NCBI GenBank assembly: GCA_951406725.2
Contig: OX597830.1
Span: 73,594,001-73,658,000, forward strand
Direction: 5' to 3'
DNA: 64,000 nt
From: Octopus vulgaris
Lineage: Eukaryota
In this document: in pieces, positions 1-14,794 of the stretch
Numbering within the stretch: position 1 is the first letter of the stretch
Layout: each line of letters opens with the position of its first letter
Notes under the pieces: model-generated
Databases searched by the model: none
Told to the model about the DNA's origin: nothing
What the model saw: the letters and a program-made list of their open reading frames with translations, nothing else
Made by a program: the position numbers and the translations under genes

Positions 1-391
1 ACAGCGAAAGATAATAGAAGAAAGAGAACGAGGGAAGGAGGGAGGAGTAAAGAAGATGAATAAGGTGTCGCGATGTAAAGGTTGGTGGGAGGGAGCCAGA
101 ATGAAGTGTGAAACGTGAAGAGTGGTAGTTCACGCCCTCTGTGAGATATAGAAATGAGATGCAAAAAGGAGATAGAGAGAGGGAGAGAGAGAGAGAGAGA
201 AGGGTATTGGCTAAAATAAATAAATATAGGATTATGATAATTAATCTTAGAAGGGAAGCTAAAGCGTCATGCTGGAGCAAAATATAGAAAAGAAAAAACA
301 TAAATAATAAATAAGTAAAACAACTAAGGTAATAGATATAGGGGAGTAGGAGTGGGGGATGTGACAAAGATGGGGGGGGGAACGATGTAGG

Positions 392-772
392 TTGATGATG
401 ATGCTGACAACGACGACGACGACGACGATGATGATGATGATGATGGTAACGATGATGATGATGATGATGGTAACGATGATGATGATGATGATGATGATGA
501 TTGTAATGATGACAACAAGGAGGAAGACGACAGCGACGACGACGACGGCGGCGACGATAATGGTGATGATGATGATAATGGTGGTGGTGGTGGTGGTGGT
601 GGTGGTGGTGGTGGTGGTGGTGGTAGTGGTGGTGATGGTGCTGACAACGGCAACAAAGGTGGTGGCTGTAATGCTGATGATGAGGATGAGAATAACGACG
701 ACGAAGAGAGAATAAAAGAATTGAGGAAAGAAGAAAAGAAAGAACGAAAGAATGAAATGTATAAATAAAGGA

Positions 773-816
<44 letters not shown>

Positions 817-910
817 AAAGGAAGGAAAACGGAAATTGAAATTGCACGAGGGCATCTCTGCTCCAACATTAGTTATCTCTCTCTCTCTTTCTCTCTCTCT
901 CTCTTTCTCC
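392..910. repeat. Compound microsatellite block (GAT)n/(GAC)n/(GGT)n/(GAAA)n/(CT)n
   Basis: Direct reading; explains the low-complexity ORFs at 259-921. Confidence 0.95.
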
Positions 911-1519
911 CTTTTTGACACGGTACAATAACAACAACAAACACTAAGAATATAATCAAATAAATAAAGATGGAGAAAGAGGAGAGAGCTAGGAGAGGCT
1001 GATGGGAAGATAAGCGGAAATCAAGAAATAAAGGTATAGAACAACAATGACAGGACCGCTACAGCAAATACGGTACACACACACACACACAATGTGTATG
1101 CATGTACGTGTGTTTCAGCGTCTACCTGTCACCTCAGTGTCGAGAGCGAGAGAGAGAGAGAAAAAAAGAAAATAATAATTATCTGTCACTTTGAACTCTG
1201 GCGATGACTTTTCACTTCCTATTGTTTTATTGGGAGTATGACCCAAAGCTGTTCTTCATTTATTATTCACCGGACTCGAACGCTGGACGAATGAGAGAAA
1301 AGACAGACTACTACTTAGCAAGGCATTCTGGTTTTGCTTTCAAAACTTTCTTGAAGCCACCACCCCTCATCCCATCAGTAAATATTTGAGCACCGAACAT
1401 CGTGCCATACTCGTATTGTTAGTTCAAATTAAGGCGGCAAGCTGGCAGAATTGCCAAACCGAATAAAATGCTATCGGGACCATTCCAAAATTTCAGGCAC
1501 GTGCCTATAACTGTAAATA

Positions 1520-1730
1520 TATTTCTTTACTGCTCACAAGGGGACAAACAAGGACAGACAAACGGATTAAGTCGATTACATCGACCACAGTGCGTAACTG
1601 GTACTTAATTTATCGACCCCGAAAGGATGAAAGGCAAAGTCGACCTCGGCGGAATTTGAACCCAGAACGTAACGGCAGACGAAATACGGCTACACATTTA
1701 TTCTGGCGGGCTAACGTTTCTGCCAGTTCG
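1520..1730 (-). mobile_element. SINE family A (tRNA-like head; central domain resembling the Meta domain), tail type i
   Basis: Reverse complement of the 3729-3964 copy, including gccgaggtcgactttgcctttcatcctttcggggtcgataaattaagtaccag. Confidence 0.85.
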
Positions 1731-2037
1731 GAGTTCAAAAGACGGGCGACTGGCAGAATCATTAACGCGCCGGATAAATATGATTAACAGCATTTCGTCC
1801 GTGTTAGTCCATAGATACCCATAAAAAATGAAGTCTTGAATTTTTACTGTATTTAGATTAAACGTTATGGCAAGCTTTCACAATCTGGAAGAGAAGGACA
1901 GTATACAACTGTTAGCTACGGGTGTCGACTACCAACTGAGCATTTCGTACGCTCAGTCAGATGCTTCCCAGCGAGTTCGTGTCCAAGCACATAGGAGCAG
2001 GTTTTGCGTTGCGAAAACGCAACCTGGTGTATATATG

Positions 2038-2370
2038 AGTTCTGAGTTCAAATTCCGCTGAGGTCGACTTTGCCTTTCTTTCTTCCTTTTGGGATCGATA
2101 AAATAAATATCAGTTAAGCGCTGGGAGTCAATGTAATTCATTTCCCCTTCACCTCTTAAAATTGCAGGCCTTGTGCCGAAAAACGAAATGTTATTATTTG
2201 AGCCCGAAAGGCGGCAACGTGGTAGAATTGTTAGCACGCCGGATAAAATGTTCAGTGTGATTTAGTCCATCATAACGTTCTTAGTTTAAATTCGGCCGGA
2301 GTCGATTTTGTCTTTCATACACTCGGTGTCAATAAATTAAGGTAACAGTTGAACACCTGGGTCGATCATT
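2038..2370 (+). mobile_element. Two adjacent diverged SINE-A copies (head fragments also at ~1432 and ~1745)
   Basis: ttctgagttcaaattccgctgaggtcgactttgcc and aaggcggcaacgtggtagaattgttagcacgccgg match SINE-A. Confidence 0.75.
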
Positions 2371-2410
2371 CCCTTAAAATCCAGAGGTTGTATCTATAAG
2401 CAGGAAGGAT

Positions 2411-2558
2411 GGATATACCTTCCAGCCTTCATCAGGTGTCTTGTGGGGATTTTCAGCCGAAACGTTGTGTTAACAACTAACAAGATGAGGACAAATATCC
2501 GTCAAATGTAAATAATGTAAATAATGTACGTAATTCCTCATCTCTTAAATATAGAACT
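2411..2558. mobile_element. Penelope-like element end with an inverted junction splitting a minimal hammerhead
   Basis: 2411-2452 is the minus-strand CTGATGAAGGCTGG half; 2453-2558 is the plus-strand tcagccGAAAcgttgtgtt half; same family as 30958-31110. Confidence 0.7.
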
Positions 2559-2728
2559 CTATTCACAAAATCTTATTTTGATAGCCAAGGACCTTTTGGA
2601 CTCCGGTTGAAAACCACTGCTCAATATCAAAAGTTCTAGACTAATGAAATCCAAAACGGAGGGCGACAATAATGCCTGTTGTGTTTCAAGCATCCTCCTT
2701 GACCTTATCTTCTGAGATCGAATTTTGT

Positions 2729-2899
2729 GACACAGCTTGGCACCAGTCACGTCGCAAGTCATTTATACAGATGAATGAACTGGAAAAATGTGAAAATAAA
2801 GTGTCTTGCTTAAGAAGGCAACACGCAGCCCGGTCCGGGAATCGAACTCACTACCTGATAAATGTGAGATCGACGCTCTCACCACTGAGCCATGTAGAC
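2729..2899 (-). mobile_element. SINE family D (tRNA head plus CORE-like domain), 5' part
   Basis: Homologous to 40415-40745. Confidence 0.7.
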
Positions 2900-3728
2900 G
2901 ATATTGTCTAATATATCCTTCAATTTGTAAGAGATTCGGATGTGATTTAAGGGACATTTGACCGCCATTTGTAGCAAGTCCAGCGACATCATATATGCCT
3001 TCTTTTTGAATAGATTTTCATTTTGTTGTTGTTGTTCAGCTCCAGGTCAATCCTTGTAATGTAGACTTATGATCGAATGTATTTCAAACTTGACCATCCC
3101 ATTTATTTTTCTTATATCGACTACATTATCTTTTCTCCTTTTAAAACAGTAAAGCGTGATTGAAGAAATTTGGTTCTTGCCTCTAGCAGGTTGAGTGAAT
3201 ACAGAAGCTTTACTCTTTGTCTCGTCATCTCCATTTTTGGGGCCTTTTTTATGTTTTTACAATTTTGTCTTCCATAATTTGTAGCCATTAAAGTCATCAA
3301 AAGTTCGCCATGTTTATTCGACCGCGTCTCCGCACTCCCTCGTAATATGGAAGTACTGAAGGAGTAATAGGTGTGTTTGTAATGGTGCTTATTGTGGTGA
3401 GTGATGTTGGGAGACCAAGAGAACATGGGAAAAATAGGGAGAGAGAGAGAGAGAGGAAGAGAGAGAGCAGGGAGAGAGACCTGCGAGAAGGAAGTGAAAT
3501 GAATTGCAAGCAGTCCATGAGTATTAAAAATAAGGATAATTAGATCAACAACAAGGCAGGAAAATATATGTTATATGAATGTAAGAGTTCTTTATATTGA
3601 TCCGAGGTACTTTATTGAAATTGTGAGGATGAACGGTATAAAGTTATGCTCTGTGAGATTTGAGTTAGAAGATGATAAAGCGTGGAAAGAAATACCGCAA
3701 GGCATTTTGTACAATACTCCAACGTCTC

Positions 3729-3964
3729 CAACAAAGGCGGCGAGCTGGCAGAAACGTTAGCACGCCGGGCGAAATGCTTAACGATATTTCGTCTGCCGTT
3801 ACGTTCTGAGTTCAAATTCCGCCGAGGTCCACTTTGCCTTTCATCCTTTCGGGGTCGATAAATTAAGTACCAGTTACACACTGGGATCGATGTAATCAGC
3901 TTAATCCCTTTGTCTGTCCTTGTTTGTCCCCTCTGTGTTTAGCCCCTTGTGGGTAGTAAAAGCA
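3729..3964 (+). mobile_element. Full-length SINE-A with 16-bp TSD
   Basis: Pol III A/B-box-like head (tggcagaaacgttag...gagttcaaattcc); TSD aatactccaacgtctc at 3713-3728 and 3965-3980; sits inside an older degenerate minus-strand SINE-A. Confidence 0.92.
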
Positions 3965-4285
3965 AATACTCCAACGTCTCTGCAAATCTACCGACCTAAG
4001 TTCTTGGACACATCAGAAATTTTGGAAATTTGAACAAAGAAAAATTTGGCCGATTAAATCGACTTTAATACGTTCAATAAGTTGATACTCATTTTTTTTT
4101 TTTAATTCATGTTTTGATCCCAGGGGGATGAAATGTAAAAACGACCCGAGCTGGACTTGAGCCAATAACGTAATGAGATACAATAGAGATATATACTTCA
4201 AAGTTTTTACCTAACCGTATGATGATTCTGCCAATTAGTCACACTTTCTAAACAATAATTTCTAATACAGTTACAGGTAAAAGAA

Positions 4286-4589
4286 AAGATCTCCATCGGT
4301 CACAAATGACCATAGGATTGCACCTAGAAAGTCTCCTCCCACCGCCAAAGACTGTGGGAGGTTGTTTTTATGGAAGACCGGCACTTGCCCATGCATACCA
4401 GCCTCTCCTCTCCGTGTCACCGAGGTTATCCAAAGGAAAGGCAAAGGCCGATACAACTTGGCACCAGTGACTTTGCAACTCATTTCTGCAGCTGAGTGAA
4501 CTGGAGCAACATGAAATAAGGTATCTTGCTCATGAAATAAAGTATCTTGTACAGTCCGGTACGGAAATCGAAGTCACTACCTCATGATC
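4286..4589 (-). mobile_element. SINE family D, 5'-truncated
   Basis: Homologous to 40415-40745. Confidence 0.75.
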
Positions 4590-5177
4590 CACGCTGCAGT
4601 AAAGTATTATCTGCAACATCAGTTTTTCCGGTAATTTAGCGCGCCAAAACGAGCACATTTGAAATAGTAGCCACGAGTGTAATAGGTAGGACTGTTTTAC
4701 AAGTCTGACTTTGTGCGGACGTCCTAGTATGCAGTCCTGCAAATTATATTCATCTGGATGGTCGTACCGATGATCTACAGGCAATTACGTAAGTAAGATT
4801 ACGTAATTTGTTGATAGTGAAACATGTATACGAATAATCCATATTTTTATTACTTTTTCTTTTATCTTCCTCGATTACGTTTTGGTTATTTTGCTAAATT
4901 TTTCTTGAGAACATTTCTTAGTAGTGAGACCGTAGCGGATCTATTTCTAGCATAAGGGTGTCCACATAGTGGTTTCCCTCTAATATATATATATATATAT
5001 AATACATACATATATACGCGCACACACACGCATAAACAGTAAAAGTTGAAGGCTAATTTTAACATTGGCTTTTATTTGTTTCAGTTATTACAAACACAAT
5101 ACACAGGCACACGTTATATATACATACAGGCATACATGTGTACAGATGTACATATATAGATACATACGCACACATTT

Positions 5178-5316
5178 ACCGTCTATTTCCGTCGTTCAAA
5201 TCCACTCAGAAGGCTGTGGTCCAACTGGAGCTATAGTAGAAGACACTTACCAGAATGCCACGCAGTGGAACCGAATACGAAAGCATGTGATTACGAAGCA
5301 AGCTTCTTAACACACG
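5178..5316 (-). mobile_element. SINE family B, diverged 5' half
   Basis: aaatccactca...ctatagtagaagacactt...gccacgcagtgg. Confidence 0.75.
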
Positions 5317-5330
5317 TCTTTGCTTGACTT

Positions 5331-5941
5331 TATGTATGTATGTATGTATGTATGTATGTATGTATGTATGTATGCATGCATGCATGTATGTATGCATGCA
5401 TGTATGTATGCATGTATGTATGCATGCATGTATATATGTATGTATGCATGCATGCATGTATGTATGTATGTATGTATGAATGTATGTATGTCTGTATGCA
5501 TGTATGCATGTATGCATTATGTATGTATGTATGTATGCATGCATGTATGTATGTATGCATGCATGTATTATGTATGCATGTATGTATGCATGCATGCATG
5601 TATATATGTATGTATGTATGCATGTATGTTTGTATGTATGTATGCATGTCTGTATGCATGAATGTATGTATGCATGTATGTATGTATGCATGTATGTATG
5701 TATGTATGTATGTATGTATGCATGTATGTATGTATGTATGCCTGTATGCATGCATGTATGTATGTATGTATGTATGTATGTATGTATGCATGCATGTATG
5801 TTTGTATGCATGCATGTATGTTTGTATGTATGCATGCCTGTATTCATGAATGTATGTATGTATGCATATATGTATGTATGCATGAATGTATGTATGCATG
5901 TATGTATGTATGCATGTATGTATGTATGTATGCATGTATGT
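5331..5941. repeat. ~610-bp (TATG/CATG)n tetranucleotide array
   Basis: Direct reading. Confidence 0.97.
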
Positions 5942-6374
5942 AGATATGTATATGTGAGAGTGGATGTGTACAAACATATATTGCAAAATGTGCACACGGA
6001 CAAAGGAGGCTTACAGGTAAAATGGAAAGGCCTCTCTAACACACGCACGGAGGTTTGATCACTTCATTAGTTGTTCATTAGAAATCGTGGAAACTTTAGC
6101 ACCAAAGACAATATTATTCTATGAGTATCCATAAGTCGTTGGAGAGGTGGAATCTTTCTGATTTGAATCAGTATTTCTAATTTTCTTCCAGTTGTTTTCA
6201 AATTCGGGATATGGATTATGCTTCGTATACTAATTATGAACATGAAAATCATTTTTCATATAAATGTATAATTAATGCGTGTGTATAAGGGAGAGACAAA
6301 ACAAAAATGACCATGCGTGGTTATGTGATGAGAAGTTTGCATCCCAAAAGCATGGTTTAGTGTTCAATCCTACT

Positions 6375-6432
<58 letters not shown>

Positions 6433-6555
6433 GGGGGAGAGAAATCAAAAATGGTCTCCTGATGTAGATTCCAGAAAAAATGGATACAAAGTAATACACA
6501 AAACACACACACACACTCACACATAGATGTGAGAGTACACATATATGTCTATATG

Positions 6556-6612
<57 letters not shown>

Positions 6613-6999
6613 GTGTGTGTCTGTATGTATTTTATATATGTATCTATGTATATATATATATACATATATACACACACACACACGTACCGTCACACGCATA
6701 CACGCTTACACATTGAAAGATAGTCACGGTTACACGGTTATATATTTCAAAATTATTTTATTGCCTCTCCTCTCTTTCTTTGCTTCTCTCTTTCTTTATT
6801 TCTCTGTCTCTCGCTTTCTTTCTTCCCCCCTCCATCGTGTTTTAGTTCTCCTCCACGTCACCCTTTCCTTCTTCTTTGGGGTGGCAACACCGTTGACCGC
6901 TGACACGATTTGTGAGGCCGTAAAACCTGAACGGTGTCATTTTGTTCTAAAGGATTTGTCTTCTTTATAGCCCTCTACTCGATTGAACTCTTGAAATAA

Positions 7000-7550
7000 T
7001 AAACCATTGCTCTCTCCCTATCTCACTCTTACTATTTTTAGATATGACCCCTTTCTCTCCTCCTCGTCCCCCCCGTCTTTCTCCCTCCCTCTCTCTCTTT
7101 TCTATTTTCTCTTTATGTCTTTTCATCTCTCGCTATATCTCTTTCATTTACCATCTTTATCTCTCTCTCTCCTCTCTCTCCCCTCTCTCTCACTCTTTGT
7201 CTCCCCGTCTCTTCCTTCATGTTAATTTTCTCTCTCTCCCTCTCTCCCTCTGTCTGTCTGTCTGTCGCTGTCTCTGTCACTCTTTCTCTTTCTCTCTCTC
7301 TCTCCCTTCTCTTTTCATTTTCATTCTATATCTATCTTTCTCAAAAATTTTATTTTCTCGTTCTTACTTCTTCTTTCACACTCCCTGTCTTCACATTTCT
7401 TCTTCCTTACTCTCTTCCTCTCTGCCTCTCTAACTCTTCTTACTTCCTCTTACCCTCTCTCTCTCTCTCTCTCTCTCTCACACTCTCTCCCTTTTTTCCT
7501 CATTCGCTACCATGGTGTACACCTCTCTCTCTACCGCTCATTTTCACATC
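7000..7550. repeat. Degenerate polypyrimidine (CT)-rich tract
   Basis: Direct reading. Confidence 0.85.
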
Positions 7551-8199
7551 GTTATTGTAGTTGTTGTTTTTGCTGTTGTAGTTACTGTTGTAGTTGTTGC
7601 TTTATCTTCTATGCTTTAATAATTATACATAGAAACCTTCACATTTGTTCATAAACATAAAATGTCAACGAGGGCAATAAAGAAAAAACATCAACCAATG
7701 AAAATTAAAAACAACCAACAAACAAACACGAATAACATAAATATACACAGGAGCAACAAGAAGGAAAAAATGACCTCCCGTCACCCAAGAAAATAACCCC
7801 TGAAAACGTGCAATAAAACGTATTTATGGGGTCGGTTTCTGTCTTTTTATTATATTCTTTAGAAGCTGCTTTTGGCGTTTTTGTTTTAGCTTTTTGGTCG
7901 GGGTTAAAATGGGATGGGATTGTAAACGTACGGATCTAGAAGGTTGGCAAAAGGTTATAAAATACAATATGTGTATGCTAATATATATATAAATATATTT
8001 GTGTCTGCGTGTGTGTATATCTCAGTGTGTATGCGTGTGTACAACAACTAATGGTTGGTTATTTATTGTTTGTTTTATTCCTTTAGCTGTTTAGTATAAA
8101 ATGAGAAATTTTTTCATATGTATCTTAGAGAGCATTTTCGGTCCGTTTAGTCGAGTCATAGATGAGACGTCGTGCTTACCAAAATATCAGACTATAACA

Positions 8200-9328
8200 G
8201 ATGATACTGTTTTGGACAATATATACATCATGCTATATCCTTCAATACACACCAAATGATACATAAAAAAAAATTATACACAAAATGCTATACCATGGAA
8301 TTTCTACCAAATGATACCCAATCGTACTGTCATATAGTATGTGATATAGTTTATATCGAATGATATATATATTACAATATATACGTAAGGATCCCTTATA
8401 ATATATATACCAAAGGATACGAAGCCATATAATATATACCAGATGATATCATATTATATATACCAAATATATACGATACAGTTTGCACCAAATAACATCC
8501 CATGCCATTTAATGTACATTCCACGATTCCTTCATATATTGTTTATATCAAATGATACATACTTTACAGTATATACCAAAGAATATCATATGACATAACA
8601 AAGGATACCAAACCATGTAACACATAAAATGGAACAAGCCTTATAACATGTACCGAATTACGATACATCATAGATGTCATCATAATACCAAATACCACAC
8701 CATTTACTATACATCTCTTGATACGCTACTATACAATTTATATTAAAGGATACTTCACGAAACAATATACATACCAAATAAGAAACACATTATACAAGTG
8801 TGCCTGGAGAACGTCTTGTATTTTACAAGATTATTGATGTGTTTGCTTATACAATTTTACTGATGACCATGATATCGTCATGTCGTTAATGCTTAATCGT
8901 TCATTTCATTTACCGATTGAGTTTGGACTGAGAATCATCGAGCGTTTTTTGTTGAAACATTTAGCAAAAATGTTGAATTTACGGCGTTTAATTTTATGCC
9001 GCACCCTGTATAACGCTTTACCCTACAATGTATGCTAATTGATGCAATATTATAGAAAATATACAAAGCAATCACAAGCTGTAGCTTACTTACTGGATTA
9101 CACCATGCCATGTCTACGATGTGATACTGGAACACTATATCTTACCATATTTACCTCATATCTACCAAGTTATACAATGTCACACAATTTCTACCAGATT
9201 ATGCAATCATGCCGCACAATATCAATTAAATAATACCAAGCGATATCTATTGATTTATACCAAACGATGGCATTTATATTTAATTGATAGTATTCCACTC
9301 CAAACTATATAAGCCATAATATGCCATG

Positions 9329-9360
<32 letters not shown>

Positions 9361-9500
9361 AGACACACACACACACACATATTCATACCCTACAATATCG
9401 AGCCGTAAAGTAACAAAGTACATCAAATCATCTCGCATTATATTTTATCTATGTTATCATATAACATATCAAATGCGTGGTCTGAAGAATTATTTAATAT
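8200..9500. repeat. Old degenerate minisatellite (recurrent taccaaatgatac motif, roughly 25-30 bp spacing)
   Basis: Motif variants near 8250, 8305, 8408, 8436, 8461, 8547, 8574, 9234, 9258. Confidence 0.6.
8795..9008. mobile_element. Possible Tc1/mariner-type MITE remnant inserted in the minisatellite
   Basis: Right end ttttatgccgcaccctg|TA is a typical mariner TIR end; left end only weakly similar. Confidence 0.35.
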
Positions 9501-9579
9501 AACAGATGGCTATATTTTTTATACAGATATAAACAACATTCAATAATTTTTACATGTCAAGTCACGTTAGTCCATGAGC

Positions 9580-10480
9580 GAATACTTGTGAGAGAATAAA
9601 AGACTTTAGAATATAAATTTAAAAGACTACAGACTTTGAGAAAGAGAGATACAACATGTATAGAATTAGAATAATTAGCAGTTACTAAAAAACACGCCTC
9701 AAATACACTGGTAAAAAAATATGGTGAGAAAAATATATACTTAGAAAATATAAGCACTTTGAAAAAGAGACTCGTAGTTAAATTACACTTAGAAAAACTA
9801 TACTCTTGGAAAAATACTGTTAGAAAAATATGCATTGTGAAATAAGCATTTAGAAAATATATTTACTTTGAAAATAGACTAAATGTAAGTGTATATATTT
9901 TCTAAATAAACATTTAGAATGACCAATACACTTAGGAAATAAACTTAGAAAAAATGTGTCTAGAGAAATATATACTTGGAAAAATATGCACTATGAAAAT
10001 ATACACTGTAAATAGAAGTAATTACATAAAAAAATAAATTTAAAATAACACTTTAAAAAATAAATCTTTAGAAAAATATAAATTAAGAAATATAACAGAA
10101 AATAAATACATTTAGAAAAATAGATTCCTAGAAAAAATACAGTTAAATAATCGTTCTTGCAAAATTTACACTCTTTGAAAAATATACATGAAAACAATTT
10201 TCTCCGAAAAAATACACATTTGAAAAGCATGCAAGATTAGAAGAAAATATACACAGAGAAAATATATACACAGAAAAAGTATATATTTAAAAGAATATAT
10301 ACTTTGAAGTTGTGCAATGTGATAGTAAAAATACACTTGGATTAAACTTGAAGAAAATATACATCTCAAAAAATTAGGCATACAGTAAAAAAAAAAACCC
10401 CAGAAAAAAAGGAGAAAATCCCTTATAGAATTTAGACACACACAAAAATAAAAATACCCCAGCAAACTAAAAAAATATAA
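9580..10480. repeat. A-rich degenerate minisatellite (aaaatacacttagaaaaa-like unit, ~18-20 bp)
   Basis: Repeated cacttagaaaaa / tacatttagaaaaa motifs. Confidence 0.65.
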
Positions 10481-10867
10481 CTAGAAAAGAAGAAAGAAAA
10501 TTTTTCTGCTATGTCTCTGATTTTAAAGAATTTCTTCGTAATAGTAGCAAAAGCATTGTGGGACTAAAGTTGAAATAAAGATGAAGACGCTTCTGTCTGG
10601 AAAGTTAAAAAGAAAAAAAGGAAACGGTTATTTCCTGTATTTGATTTGAAGAAGTAAAAAGTACGAGAATTAATCAAGAAAACGAAACTCGTGAGAAGTA
10701 AAAAAATACTATTAAACTAAAAGAAAGAAATTAGAGAGAAAACCAAACATGGGAACCGAGAGAAATAAACATAAGCGTTCACCAAATGCAAAAACGAATT
10801 CCAGGATTTACAATAGTTAATATATCCATCACTCCCAGGAAATTATTTATCTATCGTGAAGTGGAAG

Positions 10868-11318
<451 letters not shown>

Positions 11319-11701
11319 TCCGAAGCTATTACATGCTGATATAATTAGCAGGGATGATATCTTGAAATTTGGTGACAACAACTCTCCTTAAATCTCAAAT
11401 ATGTTTGAGATTTCTTGCAAAACACGTAATTGCAACTTTTTTGCGGGTCTCAGTTCCAATATATTTCTGTCTCATAAACAGCGGTCTGGGTGTTATGCCA
11501 AGTGTATCATTTACCACGGGAATAAAATGTTGTTTAGTCTTGCATAATCTCTTCATCTCTCTAAATTTCAGTTGAGAAGTATCAATCCTGATATTGTTTT
11601 TTTCATTTTTTTTTAGTCTCCACTCTGTTTATTATATGATGTTGCAAAGTCTATGATCTTACATGCACCGTTTGTTTCTTTTCTCAGCTATAATAATATC
11701 T

Positions 11702-11830
11702 AAGGTGGCGAGCTGGTAGAAACGTTAGCGCGCCGGGCGAAATTCGTAGCTGTATTTCGTCTGTCGTTGCGTTCCGAGCAAATTTCGCCGAGGTCTCTGT
11801 GTTTAGCCCCTTGTGGGTAGTAAAGAAATA
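11702..11830 (+). mobile_element. Internally deleted SINE-A with 13-bp TSD
   Basis: Head joined directly to tail i; TSD tataataatatct at 11689-11701 and 11831-11843. Confidence 0.85.
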
Positions 11831-12307
11831 TATAATAATATCTGATCCTTTTGCTTCAACAAAGCAGTCAGGCTTCATGGAGAAATCCCATAAAATCCCC
11901 CTAATTCTTACTCTTGTGACAGCCTCTGGTTTAAATTCGTAACACTTTTTTGTTACTTGAAAGCTGCACACTCGGCTAACATTCTCATACAATCTTTTAC
12001 TTTCACAATAACGCCTGCGCTTATCCTCCTTTCGTGCTAGCTAACTGCATTTACTCAATAAATGAATACTACTTTCGTCTCCTTTTCTGCAGATTTTGCG
12101 TTTAGTCTCTGACTGTGTTTTATCGGTCTTCGTGTTTATCAGATTCGTCGTAATGACGTTGTTTCCGTCTTTTAGCCATAGCCGGCGTTCTTTACTTCCA
12201 ACAGCCTCCGTTTGTTGCTTGTCTTGATTGGGTATTTACGATTCTTGCTCTATTTGTTTCCTTCTGTTCTCGGATTTCACTGTTCCAGTAACATTTTGGA
12301 CATCCCT

Positions 12308-12497
12308 AGCCAGGCGAAATGTTTAGCCGTATTTCGTCTGTCTTTACATTCTGAGTTTAAATTCCGCCGAGGTCGACTTTGCCTTTCATCCTTTCCGGGT
12401 CGATAAATTAAGCACCAGTTGCGTACTGGAGTCGATCGAATCGACTGGTCCCCCACCCCCAAAATTTCAGGCCTTGTGCCTAGAGTAGAAAAGAATA
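12308..12497 (+). mobile_element. SINE-A, tail type ii
   Basis: Central domain followed by ccccaaaatttcaggccttgtgcctagagtagaaaaga. Confidence 0.85.
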
Positions 12498-13052
12498 TTC
12501 CAATAAGTGTGTACCTATGTATCTCCCACCAAACGAATAATAAATACAACAACGACAATCAAATAACTACAAAACTCTAGCAACAAAAACCTGACAATGA
12601 AATTAAAAAGATATAAATAAACCTATGAATAATCGATAAAGGAAATGAGCAATATTTGTAGAAACCGATTTTATAAATATCTAATTGATATGTATATTTA
12701 ATTAATTTTATGATTTTGAAATAAATACGGATATTTAAACAAAAGAATCCTAAAAGTAAATAAATAATAACATATATAAAAATATATTGTTAATTTATTA
12801 GATATAAAGAAAGATAGGTACACAGAATGAATCAATGGATGAAGGAAGGAAGGAAAAAAGAAAGAAGGAATGAATGAAATGAAAATATCAAAAGGGGAAG
12901 GTGCTACGTGTTAAAATATTTATTTCATTCATAAAGTATTTTCTTACATTTCTCATTATTAACTGATGTATTGGAAGTATTTAAAAAATATTTGTTGGAA
13001 AAATGTACGCATGTGCGTAATTATGTGTGTGTGCGCGTGTATACATGCATAC

Positions 13053-13167
<115 letters not shown>

Positions 13168-13188
13168 CCTGTCTTTCTGTCTATCTAT

Positions 13189-13220
<32 letters not shown>

Positions 13221-13241
13221 ATATCTATCTCTCTATCTCAA

Positions 13242-13273
<32 letters not shown>

Positions 13274-13309
13274 CATATATAAACAGACTATACACTAAAC
13301 AATTTCACA

Positions 13310-13344
<35 letters not shown>

Positions 13345-13431
13345 TAATGTATATGTGCGAGTGTTTCTTTGATGTGACGACGTGTTTGTGTGTGCAAAAT
13401 TATCGTGATTCTGAAGGATCAAGAAAAATTT

Positions 13432-13900
13432 CGCAGGTGTGTTTGCTTCCCAACCGCATAGTACCGGGTTCTGTCCCACTGCATGGTACCTCGGGAGTAT
13501 GTTTTATACCATAGCCTCGGGCCGACCAAAGCCTTGTGAAAGACGCCCGTCGCTTACATACATACATACATATATGCATACATACATACATACATACATA
13601 CATACATACATACATACATACATACATACATACATACATACATACATACATGCATACATGCATACATATATACATACATACATACATAGTTATTAGTGTG
13701 GGTGTATTTGTGTTTGTGTTTGTCCTGTCATCGCGTGGCAACCGGCGTTCGTTTGTTTACGCCCCTGTATCCAAGCGGTTCAGCCAAAGACACCGATATG
13801 AATTAGTGCCAAACTTAAAAACAAAAGTACTAAGAACGATTTGTTTGGCTAAATTCTTCAAACCGTTTCCTAGCATGGCTGCAGTCCAATAAGTGAAGGA
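13432..13900 (+). mobile_element. Diverged SINE-B with expanded internal (CATA)n
   Basis: 5' half, (CATA)n at 13556-13688, 3' half ending ctagcatggctgcagtcc. Confidence 0.8.
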
Positions 13901-14153
13901 AAATTCTTTCATTATATATTAATTATTGTCCTCATTTACCAACGCCGATCACATTTGTAGGGACATATATGCCAAGACATACATCAAGCATGCATACCTG
14001 CATGTATAAACATATATGTATAGCCATACGTGGCATACATATATATCAACATTGATGAAATTCCCCAGCATGGCCGCGGCTTTCGGGCTAAAACATTTTT
14101 AAGGATTTAAGGATTTATTTATAATTTCAGGCCGTGTGCCCATAGCAGAAAGG

Positions 14154-14328
<175 letters not shown>

Positions 14329-14739
14329 GTGAGCTGGCAGAATTGTAAGCACACCAGGCAAAAATGCATGTACAAACACACATGTATTTGGTTTAAGAAT
14401 GTACACATGCAAAAACATGCACACATATTTTAAAGCAGCAAAAGCGCATGGGTGTTCACATGTACTTTTATCGAATGTCTGTCGTTCTAATTTAAAACAG
14501 ATTTTTCATTGAATTTAACCGTACATGCCCAGTTGCACACATAGAGGGAGAGCGGCAGGGAGAGAGAGAGACGGAGAAAGAGAAGGGTGGAGAGAGAAAG
14601 AGAAAAACTGGAGAAAATATGGGTGTGTATTTCTGTGGTATGTGAGTGTGTGTGTGTGTATCTGTCTAAGATAGAAAGGGAAGAAATAAAGAGAGAACGA
14701 AATATTAAAAGACTGGAGTTAGAAAGAGGGACACAGGAT

Positions 14740-14794
<55 letters not shown>

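Noticed and set aside
6881-6940. acaccgtt/aacggtgt inverted repeat as a pre-miRNA
   Set aside because: Only ~8-10 bp pair; interior unpaired
8859-8892. CTGATGA followed by a hairpin
   Set aside because: No GAAA or stems I/III
11350-12300. Possible decayed LINE ORF1 (and a LINE C-terminus at 10520-10780)
   Set aside because: Only vague peptide resemblance with multiple stops
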